64,000 nt of DNA from positions 32,001 to 96,000 of the forward strand of contig CAWEXU010000005.1 in assembly GCA_963813075.1 (NCBI GenBank). The letters run 5' to 3'. The notes beneath the pieces are model-generated. The model searched no databases. It was not told the origin of the DNA and saw only the letters and a list, made by a program, of their open reading frames with translations. Shown piece by piece: positions 24,544 through 35,898 of this stretch. Source of the stretch: Methanotrichaceae archaeon. Its GTDB lineage: Archaea > Halobacteriota > Methanosarcinia > Methanotrichales > Methanotrichaceae. The translations under genes and the position numbers were made by a program. Within the stretch, counting starts at the first letter, position 1. Every line of letters starts with the position of its first letter.

Positions 24544-25671
24544 TTAGCTCCGTTTGCAGGGAAAAGTTACTTCAACATCGCTTGCCATGGTGACTTTATC
24601 CCCTCTTTTGGGTCTATCTATGCTTAACGGATTCGCTGAAATCTTTCCTTCCAACTCTAATTTTATCAATACATCTTTATAATTCTTTTGGATATAACTT
24701 TTATCGATGTGATGTGCTTCGAATAGTTGTTCAACTCGTAGAGTGCGACCTGCAAACTCAGCTAATAATGCACGCTCCAATTCCTCAAGAGGAGATAATT
24801 CGGACAACCGCATCTGATGAGTTTTAGTTGGGCTAAATTCAAATGATGGCACCCCCTGTTCGCAAAAAGAGCTTTCTTTACCAGTAATATCCTTGTAAAT
24901 CTTTAGAGCTGTTTTATCTTTGGTTACAAGAATTAAATAATGACTTGTGCGATCTCCTGTGTCACCCTTGAAACAGAACGGCCAAACATATGTCCCACCG
25001 ACATCGTTTAACGCTTTTTTCAGAGCTTCAACAATTATCTTCTCGCGTTCGTATTTTGTCTGACCTATTATGTTTTCTCGAAGCTGATTTGCACGTTCTT
25101 CGCCAAATAGCATATCCATGTGATCTCTGACATTTGCATTTTCTAGACCAGCATTCACACGATTATAATTGAAAAAGAAAAGGCAATCGCATCCCCATCC
25201 TTTTAAAATGGCTTTGAACAAATCAAGAGACAAACCCTTATAGCCATATGGATCAACGAAAAAGAGCGTTGGAACAAGACTCACTGAGTCTAATTCCTTT
25301 ACAATATCTTCGCCTACTTCTTCGCAAATAAAAGTTGGTTCATATTTCAATGTCTCTATTCCAGGGAGATTTAGAATTTCCTGCTCAAGTGACGTGATGT
25401 ATTCCTTATTATTATCATTGAATATTGTGGCCAATCTAGTGCGCAGATTTATGTTCTGGATTGTATCTTCGATTATGTGCAAAGGTGTCGACTTAGTTCT
25501 ATCTTCATAGAAGCCAGGACCAGCAAAAAGATCCATATAAGCTATCTTTCCATCGCCCTGTTTAACTTTCTTAATCATTATTGTCGACCAAGCAGTGAAG
25601 TATTTTCTAACAACCCTTGCTTTAATAAGAGATTGTTCTCTTGGTTCTTTGAAAAAACGAGCTGTACTCAT
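24544..25671 (-). CDS. tcmP: Three-Cys-motif partner protein TcmP (methyltransferase-like fold, C-terminal wHTH)
   Basis: [22 protein letters not shown] motifs; directly upstream of the DUF5131 gene. Confidence 0.85.
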   Translation of the reverse strand: MSTARFFKEPREQSLIKARVVRKYFTAWSTIMIKKVKQGDGKIAYMDLFAGPGFYEDRTKSTPLHIIEDTIQNINLRTRLATIFNDNNKEYITSLEQEILNLPGIETLKYEPTFICEEVGEDIVKELDSVSLVPTLFFVDPYGYKGLSLDLFKAILKGWGCDCLFFFNYNRVNAGLENANVRDHMDMLFGEERANQLRENIIGQTKYEREKIIVEALKKALNDVGGTYVWPFCFKGDTGDRTSHYLILVTKDKTALKIYKDITGKESSFCEQGVPSFEFSPTKTHQMRLSELSPLEELERALLAEFAGRTLRVEQLFEAHHIDKSYIQKNYKDVLIKLELEGKISANPLSIDRPKRGDKVTMASDVEVTFPCKRS

Positions 25672-26180
25672 GTTTCGCAGCCTCTATCTGTAATCTCTAA
25701 TTCCGAAATATCAGGATCGCCAGATATCAACTTAGACAGCAATACAAGATCTTCGCTTTTATATGAACGTCCTCGATAAATAAGTGCAATGTTCGCTACT
25801 TGCTTTACCTCCCACCCCTCCGGTATCCTCCCCAGCGGCGAGTCCACCATCTGCACCTTCTCGTGCCCCGGAAAGCGGAAGTGCACGAACCACTCGCGGT
25901 AGAGCGCCTGGGCCATCTCCTCCAGGATCTTGATGCGCCGGGTGTTGTTCTCGATCAGGTCATCGTAGGCGGAGAGGATGGCGGCGATCTTGTCGGGAGG
26001 TGGATGCATTCTGAGTCTGGTAACTCAATGAGAAAATCTTTTGGTTCGTAAATCCTGGGTACCTTCATGTCTTTATTGGATATCCAGGAAATACTGCCAC
26101 ACGAATACGCTTCTTTAGCTTTAGATGGATTACAGCCTGAATGGACTTAATGCCACTTTGTAAGTTATCCTCTCCATCGA
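25668..26180 (-). pseudogene. hsdS: Type I R-M specificity subunit (hsdS) relic with both TRDs largely deleted
   Basis: Central conserved region [48 protein letters not shown]-terminal LLSKLISG, upstream decayed TRD start SGCNPSKAKEAYSCGSISWISNKDMK. Confidence 0.8.
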
Positions 26181-26254
26181 TTTCTGTGTACCTTCCTTTC
26201 AGGAAACTTTTCTAATCATCTCTGCTATTTTCCCAATTTATAGTTTTATTAATA

Positions 26255-27665
26255 TTAGGTATAATCGATCTCATTAAATATGCGCATGTGATGAGAAGTT
26301 GCATCTATCAGCCATTCACGCACGAGCGATTCTCCTTTATAGACGCTTATGACCCAGATAAACCTCGGCATCGATTCTTTTAGCTTCGAGACTTTGTCTC
26401 TAAAAGGTAATCTCAGAAGCATCTTCTTATAATCTTGAACGGTAGTTAAATAGAGGTCAAAGTTCAGTCCAGGATTGCGGCTTCTCAATTGTCGGCAATA
26501 ACTATAAATTATATCAAATGTTATTCTGATCTTCGGATAGATCGGAATGAGCAGCTTATCCAAAGTGACCTCTGAATAACCCTCCCTCGTCACCCACTCG
26601 TTGTTCCATTTCAGGAACTTTCCTGTCGGAGAGGCATCTTTCACTCTGCAATAGGGCCCTATTTGATCATCATGAACATAGAGCTTGGTAACTTGACCAT
26701 TTTCATTTTGGCGAAAGCCGCAAATCACCACCGCATGATGCTCATGGTCCTCAATGAGGTCATGATCCTTTCTTATCAAGGAAATAGAGGCAACAATTGG
26801 AATGCCTGCCCGGGAAATCGCTTTAACTGCATCCGGGACCACCTCCTTAAGATATTCTTCAATCAAGGCCTTTTTATTCTCGGAATAATTATTATCATTG
26901 AGGATCTTTACCAGATAGTCTATATTCACTGTGTCATAATCAAGCCCAATGCCCTTGAAGAAATTCACCATTTGCTTTATCGTCAATCCAGTTGATGGAA
27001 AATTCCTTCCGCTTTCGATGAACTCAGTTGCTCTGCTTGTAATCTCTATGGGCGAAAATTCTTGAGTTCCGAATAGCTCATTTATCTTGCTGTTTGCCAT
27101 CCACAAAGATACTGTAGCGCAGGCAGCAACGGCACTGTCCTGAACCTGAAACGGCAAAGCATCTACGTTTAGTTGTATGCCATACAGATTCGCACTACTC
27201 TTTCTGATTATGCATTCTCTTGTATCAAAACTATCAGTTAACGGATTTAGATGGTGGTTTTAAAATCGTTCGACCAATCAGTGGCTGCCCCATGCTATAT
27301 TCAACTGGTTTAATAACGACGTAACCTAAATATGATTTTTTTAGATCATTGATTAAATCATGTTCAAGTTTTGCATCTTGAATATTATTTTGAAATAAAG
27401 ATATACTCTGCTCGAAATCCTCTTGAGAAAAGGAATTGGAAAAGAAATGAATTCTTTTAGTAAATCTTTCGATCCTCTCAAAAGAACGTGCGAAAAAGCC
27501 TGAATAATCAATCAAATAATCTTTATCTACATATTCATTCTCTATTATGCATGTTTTCGCAATCAAGGTATCTATTAGATAATCTATTATATATTGCGCT
27601 TGCGGAGAATAGCCCATATGGTCTCCCATATCATCTAAGGAGACCACGTAATCATTCTTTTCCAT
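26255..27665 (-). CDS. Uncharacterised papain/C39-like cysteine peptidase-fold protein (frameshift near 27255)
   Basis: 143-aa and 300-aa ORFs join via ...NLYGIQLNVDALPFQVQDSAVAAC; putative Q..C, HAVVICG and VHDD catalytic residues. Confidence 0.65.
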
Positions 27666-27674
27666 GTCAAAGAC

Positions 27675-27857
27675 TTAACAGGTAAACTGTGTCTCCAAGT
27701 CTTCCGCTGAGAGATACCCGCTCACACGAGCGAACTTATCAACATCCTTGCGGACATTCGGATCATTGCACAGCCTTTTGAAGTCCCCAAAAACAGCATC
27801 AAGATCCCTCTTAAGCTCGGCAGCATCAACATCGCGGGGAACTCCAACTTTGCGCAT
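27675..27857 (-). CDS. Small hypothetical protein (60 aa)
   Basis: ATG with GGAG upstream, AAAGCTATATA promoter at ~27916-27930, ends 9 nt before the next gene. Confidence 0.6.
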   Translation of the reverse strand: MRKVGVPRDVDAAELKRDLDAVFGDFKRLCNDPNVRKDVDKFARVSGYLSAEDLETQFTC

Positions 27858-28228
27858 TTCAGCATACTCCTAGAATTTTTGCCTACTAAGTCTATGTTAG
27901 TTATCCATTTGTTACGTTATATATAGCTTTGTTGGTCTTAATAGATATTAATACTTCTAATGCTACGATTTGGCATATCTCTTTTTGATCCGGCATTGCT
28001 TGTGCTTTTTGGAAAAGCTAGATCTAAGCTTTTAGCTGAGGTCAGTAGATGCAAGCGAATCGCCAAGCATCTCGAAAAGACTCCCGCCGGACCCATAAAC
28101 CACAAGGATTATATTCCCTCGTCCTCAGGGACTGATCATACTCTGATGTATAAGAATGCGCATAAAAGATCAATATAAACCAGCGAAACATCCCATAACG
28201 AGTAATTTCAGGCGAAGGTGAAAAGGAT

Positions 28229-29979
28229 TTGAGAAGATTGCTCTCCGGCAATGAGGCCATAGCCCGTGGGGCCTACGAGGCCGGGGTTACCGTTGGCACG
28301 GGCTATCCCGGGACCCCCTCCACCGAGATCCTGGAGAACCTGGCCCGGTACAGTCCGGAAGTCTACTGCGAGTGGTCGCCCAATGAGAAGGTGGCCTTTG
28401 AGGTGGCAGCCGGAGCCTCCCTGGCCGGGGCGCGCTCCATTGTGACCATGAAGCATGTGGGGCTGAATGTGGCTGCCGATCCGCTCATGACCCTATCTTA
28501 CATCAGCGTGGAGGGCGGGTTTGTGGCCTGCGTGGCAGACGACCCGGGGATGCACTCCTCCCAGAACGAGCAGGACACCCGCAACTATGCCCGCTTTGCT
28601 CGAGTGCCCCTGTTCGAGCCGGCGGACAGCCAGGAGGCCAAAGACCTGCTCATGCTCGCCCTCATCGTCTCCGAGCAGTTCAAGACCCCGGCCATTCTGC
28701 GCACCACGACCAGGGTCAGCCACTCTCGCAGCCTGGTGGAGCTGGGGGAGAGAGTTGAAGGGAATAAGATCGGATTTGTCAAAAATCCGCCCCGGTTCGT
28801 GCCCATACCGGTCTGGGGCCGGCCCATGCGCCAGAGGGTGGAAGATAGGCTGAAAGAGCTGCAGGCGCTCGCGGAGAAGTCGCCAGCAAACCGCATCGAG
28901 TGGCGGTCAAAAGGCCTGGGAATCATCACCTCCTCCATCGCCTACCAGTATGCCCGTGAGGTCTGGCCGGAGGCCTCGGTTCTGAAGCTGGGATTCTCCT
29001 ATCCCTTCCCGGACGCATTGATCCGGCAGTTTGCCGAAGGTGTGGACCGATTGCTGGTGGTCGAGGAACTGGATCCATTCATAGAAGAGCACGTCCAAGC
29101 CCTGGGGATAGCCTGCCAGGGGAGGGAGTATGTGCCGGGGATCATGGAGCTGTCCGTGGACCGACTGATCGAGTCCAGGAGGCTGATGGAAGGAGGAGAG
29201 GCTGCTCCGCAAGGAGGAGGATCCATTCACGGAACTTCTCCCACCCCGCCCGCCGGTGCTCTGCCCCGGCTGCCCTCACCGGGGAGTCTTCTATGCCCTC
29301 TCCAGAGAGGATGTGGTGGTCACCGGGGACATCGGATGCTACAGCCTGGGCGCTTTCCCGCCCCTGGAGCGAATGGACAGCATCCTCTGCATGGGAGCGG
29401 GAGTTTCCATGGCCCACGGCATGGAGAAGGCAGGGGAGAAGAGAAAGGTGGTGGGCGTGGTCGGTGACTCCACCTTCTTTCACTCCGGGATCACGGGGCT
29501 CTTAGATATCGTCTACAATAAGGGCCACTCCACCATAATCGTGCTGGACAACCGCACCACCGCCATGACCGGCCACCAGGACCACCCGGGCACCGGCAGG
29601 ACCATCTACTGGCGAGCCGACAGTCGCCGTCTCCATCGAGGATATCGGCCGGGCCTGCGGCGTCAAACGGGTCCGGACAATAGATCCCTACCAGCTGGAT
29701 GATACCAGAGAGGCGATCAAAGAGGAGCTGGCGGCTTTTGAGCCGTCTCTCGTCGTATCCCGCGCTCCCTGCCCCCTGCGGGAGAGAAAGAGAGTGGGAA
29801 TGATGAGAACCATCCTGGCAGAGGAGTGCCGGGCCTGCGAGCTATGCCTCTCTTTGGGCTGCCCGGCAATAGAGGGATTGGACGGGACAATGAGGATCAA
29901 CCAGGCCCTCTGTGCGGGCTGCGGCCTGTGCGAACAGCTCTGCCCTGCCGGGGCGATAGTCAGCCGGGAGGGAGCATGA
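28229..29979 (+). CDS. iorA: Indolepyruvate:ferredoxin oxidoreductase alpha subunit (frameshifts near 29205 and 29608)
   Basis: LSGNEAIARGA, GYPGTPSTE, CPGCPHR, GDSTFFHSG TPP motif, C-terminal CxxCxxC ferredoxin. Confidence 0.92.
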
Positions 29980-30569
29980 CCGAGAGGAGCCGGAATGGGA
30001 CAAAGAGCATCGTTTTCGTCGGCGTGGGCGGTCAGGGAATACTGCTGGCCAGCGAGATCTTGGCCCAGGCGGCGATGATTCAGGGCTACCAGGTCAAGAC
30101 CAATGAGGTGCACGGCATGGCCCAGAGAGGGGGCTCGGTGATGGCGCAGATTCGTTATGGGGAAGAGGTCAAGAGCCCCCTGGTCTCCAAAAGGAGCGCC
30201 CATATCCTGGGGGCGCTGGAGAAGGTGGAAGCTCTGCGCTACTGGGAGTATCTCCGGCCGGACGGCCTGGCAGCAGTCAGCAGCCAGGCTATAGTGCCGG
30301 TGACTGTCTCCTCCGGCTCCGCCCGCTACCCGGAGAATGTGGAGGACCTCTTGGCCAGAGCCTTTCCCCGGCTGGTCTATATCGATGCCCCGAAACTGGC
30401 GAAGGAGCTGGGCGATAGCAGGGCGGCTAACATCATACTATTGGGAGCGATATCCCGGGGACTGGACCTCCCACAGGAATCCTGGGAGGAGGCCATCGGC
30501 CTGTGTGTCCGGGAGAAGTTCCAGGATCTAAATTTGAAAGCGTTTTCACTTGGCAGGAGCAAAGCATGA
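29976..30569 (+). CDS. iorB: Indolepyruvate oxidoreductase beta subunit
   Basis: GVGGQG, EVHGMAQRGGSV; ATGA overlap with iorA. Confidence 0.92.
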   Translation: MTERSRNGTKSIVFVGVGGQGILLASEILAQAAMIQGYQVKTNEVHGMAQRGGSVMAQIRYGEEVKSPLVSKRSAHILGALEKVEALRYWEYLRPDGLAAVSSQAIVPVTVSSGSARYPENVEDLLARAFPRLVYIDAPKLAKELGDSRAANIILLGAISRGLDLPQESWEEAIGLCVREKFQDLNLKAFSLGRSKA

Positions 30570-31848
30570 CACAGAAGGGCAATTTTCACAATGAACCGAT
30601 GGAGACGGCATCCAAAGAGAGCATTCATGAGATGCAATCCCGGCGGCTGAGGGCCATCGTCGGCACGTCTATGAATCCAATGCCGTCTACAGGCATCTAT
30701 TCGACGAGAAGGGCATCCGGCCGGAGGATATCAGGACAGCAGAGGACGTGGTCCGGCTGCCTCTGACCAGCAAGGACATCCTCCGGGAGAGCTATCCCCT
30801 GAAGATGGCCTGCGTTCCCCGCGATCAGATCGTGGAGATGCATATGTCCAGCGGCTCCACCGGCACCCCGGTGGTCATGCCCTACACCCGCCCGGACCTG
30901 GATCAATGGGCGGAATGCATGGCCCGCTGCTACCGCATGGCCGGGGCAAAGCCCGGGGACGCCACCCAGATCACCCCTCTTTTCGGCCTTTTCAATGGCG
31001 GCTTTGGCATGTATCATGGCGCTCGGGCCGCAGGGCTTTTTGTGATCCCCGCCGGTCCGGGAAACACCGCCCGGCAGATCCGCCTGGCAAAAGATCTGAA
31101 GACCAGGGTGTTCACCGGCGTCGTGAGCTACGGCATCCGGCTGATGGAGGTTCTGGCCGAAGAGAAGGAGAGCCTGCCCGATCTGGAGATAGGCATCTTC
31201 GGAGCGGAGGTTTTCAGTGACTCCATGAAAAAGAAGATCTCTTCGGGCCTGGACATCGATGTCTTCGACATATACGGCATGACTGAGTCCGGCGGGGTGG
31301 GCACTTTAGGCATGGACTGCCCGGCACACGATGGAATCCACGTCTGGGAGGACCAGTACATCCTGGAGGTTATCGATCCCAAGACGGGAGAGCCGGTGGA
31401 TGACGGGGAGGAAGGGGAGCTGGTCTTCACCTCTCTCACCCGGCAGGCGCTGCCCATGATCCGCTTCCGGACCGCCGACCTCACCCGTGTCATATCCCGG
31501 GACCGGTGCGAATGCGGCAGAACTCACGTTCGTCTGGCACCGATAACCGGGCGACGAGATGACATGTTGATTGTGAAAGGGGTGAACTTCTTCCCCAAGC
31601 AGATCGAGCAAACCCTCCTGGGAATACCGGGCATCGGAAACAACTACCAGATCATAGTGGAAGAGATAGACGGTGTCAATAGCGTCCGGGTCAATGTCGA
31701 GGCCGAGTCGGGTGTGACCGGCTATATGGTGGAAAAGGCGCTCAAAGAGGCGCTGGGATTCTCCCCCAAGGGAGACGTCTTCCCCCTGGGAGGGCTGCCC
31801 CGCCAGGAAGGAAAGGCAAAGAGGGTGTTTCATAATAAGATCAAATAA
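30566..31848 (+). CDS. paaK: Phenylacetate--CoA ligase family (frameshift near 30660)
   Basis: SSGSTGTP, DIYGMTE, RFRTAD, GRRDDMLIVKGVN; ATGA overlap with iorB. Confidence 0.9.
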
Positions 31849-31874
31849 CTATTTTTCTCTTCCATGATGTTCAG

Positions 31875-33175
31875 ATGAGCCTGATACAAGACTTAAGGCT
31901 AAATAGATACAAGTCCAGTCAGGATTCATTGAGGTGTAAATCGTTGAGATTCAATTGCTTATGCTTAGCTCTCTTGGCCCTGGTCACCGGCCTGGGAGTG
32001 GCAGCGGGATACGATGTATCCGTATCGCAGTCCATGCAGATCTCCGAGACGACTTTTGATGAAGCATTCGTCAAGAGCCTGTTTGGATTCGGCACCAATG
32101 GCGGAATGGATGATAGCTTCTGGTATGGCCCGGAGTTTGAGGATGTCAGCACTGCTACCACCTTCTTCTCCGAGTTCTATATGGAGAGCACCGTCCCGGT
32201 GGTCAAGACCTTCACTCCGGTGAAATACGATGTGACTCAAAGTGTCCCCGCCCGGATATATTTTGGCAGCGGCAAGGAGATCGCATATAACCAGTACCAA
32301 TCCAGTGTAGCCGCCAGCAGAGGAAATGAGCTGTGGATTCAGAAGGGGCAGGATTGGTCCCAGTATGCCATAGTCCCGGCAGGATCCGGCATTCAGTTCA
32401 TCGCCTTTGCCCCGGTGGGTGGCCAGGCCGACTACTATTGGATCCTTCAGACGGATTCCCTCAATATCACCAGCAAGCGTCTGGACCTCTACCCCGGATA
32501 CAACAGCCTGAACTTCAAGGCGGATGAGGTGGGCAGGCACATTCTGCTCTTCGTGCTCAACAATCAGCCCAGCAACTCCATCATCATCGATGTGATCAGC
32601 CAGGCCCCTCCGGCCCAGCAGACGGCGGTGGTAGCTGATATGCCGCCATCCAGCAACCATCCTCCAGCCTCTGCGATGCAGGCGACACAGACTGCACAGA
32701 CGACGCAGACCGTGCAGACGCCACCCGGAGCCGCAGCCCCAGGCAGCGTGGCGCAGGCATACAGCGCAACTGCTCAGCAGACCACTACTGCCAGCACCAC
32801 CACTCAGTACCAGGCGGCAGCAGCGTCCACCCAGCCCAAGCCCGTGGGAGTGGCTTATCCCCCCCAGGCGGCTGTGGCCGCAGCACTGCAGTGCCTGCAG
32901 TAGCGGCAGGAGACACCCCGGTTACCATCAAGACCACCTTGAAGGGCTACGACGTCTATGTTGACGGCGTGATGATCGGAAAAGATGGGGCAGGTGGCGA
33001 TGCCCTGGATGGAGTCTTCAAGTTCAGGGTGGTGGGCGGCATGAGCCATAACATCAGGGTCTTCGATGGGGAGCACAATTACGAAAAGCCCATATATTTC
33101 GAGAGGGGTGTGACCAAGATCATAGAGGTACCTCCAGGCACGGTAGTTTATAGAACCGTCATACCCTATCGTTAA
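31875..33175 (+). CDS. Secreted/surface protein with Gln/Thr/Ala-rich linker and PEGA-like C-terminal domain (frameshift near 32885)
   Basis: Hydrophobic signal-like segment, ELWIQKGQDWSQYA domain, low-complexity linker, YDVYVDG...DGVF tail in next frame. Confidence 0.65.
32678..32720 (+). repeat. Degenerate 9-nt coding tandem repeat (QTx)
   Basis: CAGACTGCA CAGACGACG CAGACCGTG CAGACG encoding QTAQTTQTVQT. Confidence 0.6.
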
Positions 33176-33611
33176 TTAATGCCCTATTATTTTTTTGTTT
33201 TATGATCTTTCCGCGGAAATGATCTTGCTTGCACTATTGTCATCTGAATTCTCCATCCAAAGGGATTGAGTTATCAACTCATATTATTAACTTCTCAATT
33301 AATAATATTTGTTGTTACCAGCGCTACACTGTCCTTTAGGAAAGCCGCCGATCGAATTTCCAGTGGGAGGCATTCTGTGGTGGTGATATTCATACTGTTC
33401 TTAATAAATCAACCATCGATCGTTTAATTCACTGCCTGGGTATGATTTGCGAATCGCCATCCATACACCAACAGCTATTTATCCATAATAGATAGCATGA
33501 ACTTGGAAATTGATGTTAACAAGACTGAGCACAGAATGATATCGAGATGCACTTCATCTTGAAATATGAATCCCGTCATCAGATATCCGAAAACTTAAGG
33601 AGGCAGCCCAC

Positions 33612-34436
33612 TTGGTGGAAATCACAATCAAGAACCTCGTATTCGGCTACAACAGCCACAAAATACTGGATGGAGTAAACATCATTGTGAAGAGCTCAGA
33701 GGTCTTGAGCCTGGTAGGGCCGAATGGCTCGGGGAAGACCACTCTTTTGAAGTGCATGGACCGCATCCTCAAGCCCAAGGGAAGCATCCTCATGGATGGC
33801 CAGGAGATAGAGAGGATGAGCCGGCAGGAGGTGGCAAGACAAATAGGCTATGTGCCCCAGTCCAGCTCCACCCCCCTGGCCACAACCGTTTTCGATACCG
33901 TTCTTATGGGCAGAAGGCCTCATATCGGCTGGAGGGTGCAGGACTCCGACCTGGATAAGGTGGCTGAGGTTTTGGAGAGGCTGCACCTGGAGGAGCTGGC
34001 CATGCGTGACTTCTCCCAGCTCTCCGGGGGCCAGAAGCAGAAGGTGCTCATCGCCCGTGCCCTGGCACAGGAGCCCGCAGTCCTTCTATTGGATGAGCCC
34101 ACATCCAACCTGGATATGCTCCATCAGCTGGAGGTGATGGAGACGGTCAATAGCCTGGTCAAGGAGAAGAGGATCTCTGCGGTCATGGCCATCCACGACC
34201 TCAACTTGGCCTCCCGCTTCTCGGACAAGCTGGTGATGCTCAAGGAGGGCAGGGTATTTGCCGCCGGCGAGCCGAAAGCCCTTCTCAATGAGGCCAACAT
34301 CAGCCAGGTCTACGGCATCGAGTCCATGGTCATGAACGCTATGGGACGGCCCTATGTGGTGCCACTGCGCTCGTTGGCAGAAGCGGCTGCATGCGACTGG
34401 CACAAACCTTTATGTATTGCAGATGTAGAAATTTGA
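33612..34436 (+). CDS. ABC transporter ATPase, FecE/BtuD type
   Basis: [33 protein letters not shown]. Confidence 0.92.
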   Translation: MVEITIKNLVFGYNSHKILDGVNIIVKSSEVLSLVGPNGSGKTTLLKCMDRILKPKGSILMDGQEIERMSRQEVARQIGYVPQSSSTPLATTVFDTVLMGRRPHIGWRVQDSDLDKVAEVLERLHLEELAMRDFSQLSGGQKQKVLIARALAQEPAVLLLDEPTSNLDMLHQLEVMETVNSLVKEKRISAVMAIHDLNLASRFSDKLVMLKEGRVFAAGEPKALLNEANISQVYGIESMVMNAMGRPYVVPLRSLAEAAACDWHKPLCIADVEI

Positions 34437-34439
34437 TTA

Positions 34440-35447
34440 ATGGCCATTTCCTTTGCAGATAATCCGGAATTCGCTTCCCAATTGACCGGACAGGGTCCTG
34501 TAGAGGATATTTTAGCAATTATAAAATATATATACATACGTTATATCGGCAGCGCTCTGGCAGAGAATGTATGGTACTTCATCTCGACCATCATATCCAT
34601 ATCGATAATTATTATCTTAACTATTTTTATCGCTCGGCTGGTCAATGAGCTGCTTGAGACGCATATCCCTCGAATTATGGAATCCAGCCGGCTGGGCAAG
34701 GAGTTTGACGAGACCTCCCATGCCCTGACCCGCAGGCTCATCGTTGCCGCAATATATACCATCGGCATTTTAATGACCATCCTCCTGATCCCTTCCCTGA
34801 ACAGAATTGCCATCGCCATGCTGGCCGGCGCTGGTGTGGCAACTCTGGCCATTGGTTTTGCCGCTCAGGACTCCCTGTCCAATATAATATCCGGGATCTT
34901 CCTGGCGATCTTCAAGCCGATGCGCATTGGCGACTATGTCGACTTCAAGGGCGAGTACGGCCATATCGAGGATATAACCCTGCGCCACACGATAATATGC
35001 ACCTGGGATGAGCGGAGGATTATTGTCCCAAACAAGATCATGGGCGCTGACTCTATTGTGAACTGGAGCATTAACAATCCTGAGATCATCTGGCCGGTGA
35101 ATTTCGGCATAGGCTACTCTTCGGATATCGATAAGGCCCGGAGCATCATCATAGAGGAGGCCAAAAAACATCCCTATGTGTTGAAGGATAAAGAGATCAA
35201 TGTCCGCCTCACTGAGCTGGGAGACTTTGCCGTAAATCTGCGTCTGACATTTCATGTCCCCAGCAGGGATGTGTCATTTGAAGCCGGATGTGACATAAGG
35301 GAAGCCGTCAAAAAGAGGTTTGATGCAGAGGGAATTGAGATTCCATATCCATATCAGAATGTCATAATCTTAAAGCAGCCTTTAGATCCGTCCGCTCATC
35401 CTGGACTGGAGAGGTCTGCATCTGATGGCAGTGCAAATGATAAATAA
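34440..35447 (+). CDS. mscS: Small-conductance mechanosensitive channel
   Basis: AIGFAAQDSLSNIISG, RIGDYV, IIVPN, GIEIPYP. Confidence 0.92.
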   Translation: MAISFADNPEFASQLTGQGPVEDILAIIKYIYIRYIGSALAENVWYFISTIISISIIIILTIFIARLVNELLETHIPRIMESSRLGKEFDETSHALTRRLIVAAIYTIGILMTILLIPSLNRIAIAMLAGAGVATLAIGFAAQDSLSNIISGIFLAIFKPMRIGDYVDFKGEYGHIEDITLRHTIICTWDERRIIVPNKIMGADSIVNWSINNPEIIWPVNFGIGYSSDIDKARSIIIEEAKKHPYVLKDKEINVRLTELGDFAVNLRLTFHVPSRDVSFEAGCDIREAVKKRFDAEGIEIPYPYQNVIILKQPLDPSAHPGLERSASDGSANDK

Positions 35448-35470
35448 AATGGATGAATAATCTATATTGC

Positions 35471-35882
35471 ATGAACCGAGTAGTGCATTTTGAGATACAG
35501 GCAGAGGATCCCCAGAGGGCGGCGAGCTTCTACCGGGAGGTCTTCGGCTGGCAGATCGATGAGTGGCTCATCCCGGGAGTGGAGATCAAGGATGAGAATC
35601 GTTACTGGCAGGTTGTGACCGGTCTAGAGACCGAGCCCGGTATCAACGGTGGTCTCGTCTTCCGGCGCGGGCCCGGCTCCAGCGGAGGGACAATCGGTCA
35701 ACTCATTCGTCTGCACAATAGAAGTTCCTGACCTGGATGAGTATATGGATCGGGTGTTGCAGGCAGGGGGGAGGGTTGCAGTCCCCAAGATGCCAATAAC
35801 CGGGGTGGGCTGGCTAGCCTATTGCCTGGACAGCGAGAGCAATATCTTCGGCCTGATGCAGACGGAGGAGAAGGCGCAATAG
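35471..35882 (+). CDS. VOC/glyoxalase family protein (frameshift near 35670)
   Basis: VVHFEI..DPQRAASFYREVFGW, PGINGG, GWLAYCLDSESNIFGL. Confidence 0.85.
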
Positions 35883-35898
35883 GGCAGAGATATTTTTT

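Noticed and set aside
22570..28220. Island 1 as an integrated element or provirus
   Set aside because: No integrase, transposase, structural genes or att-like direct repeats were seen; DUF5131 alone is not evidence of phage.
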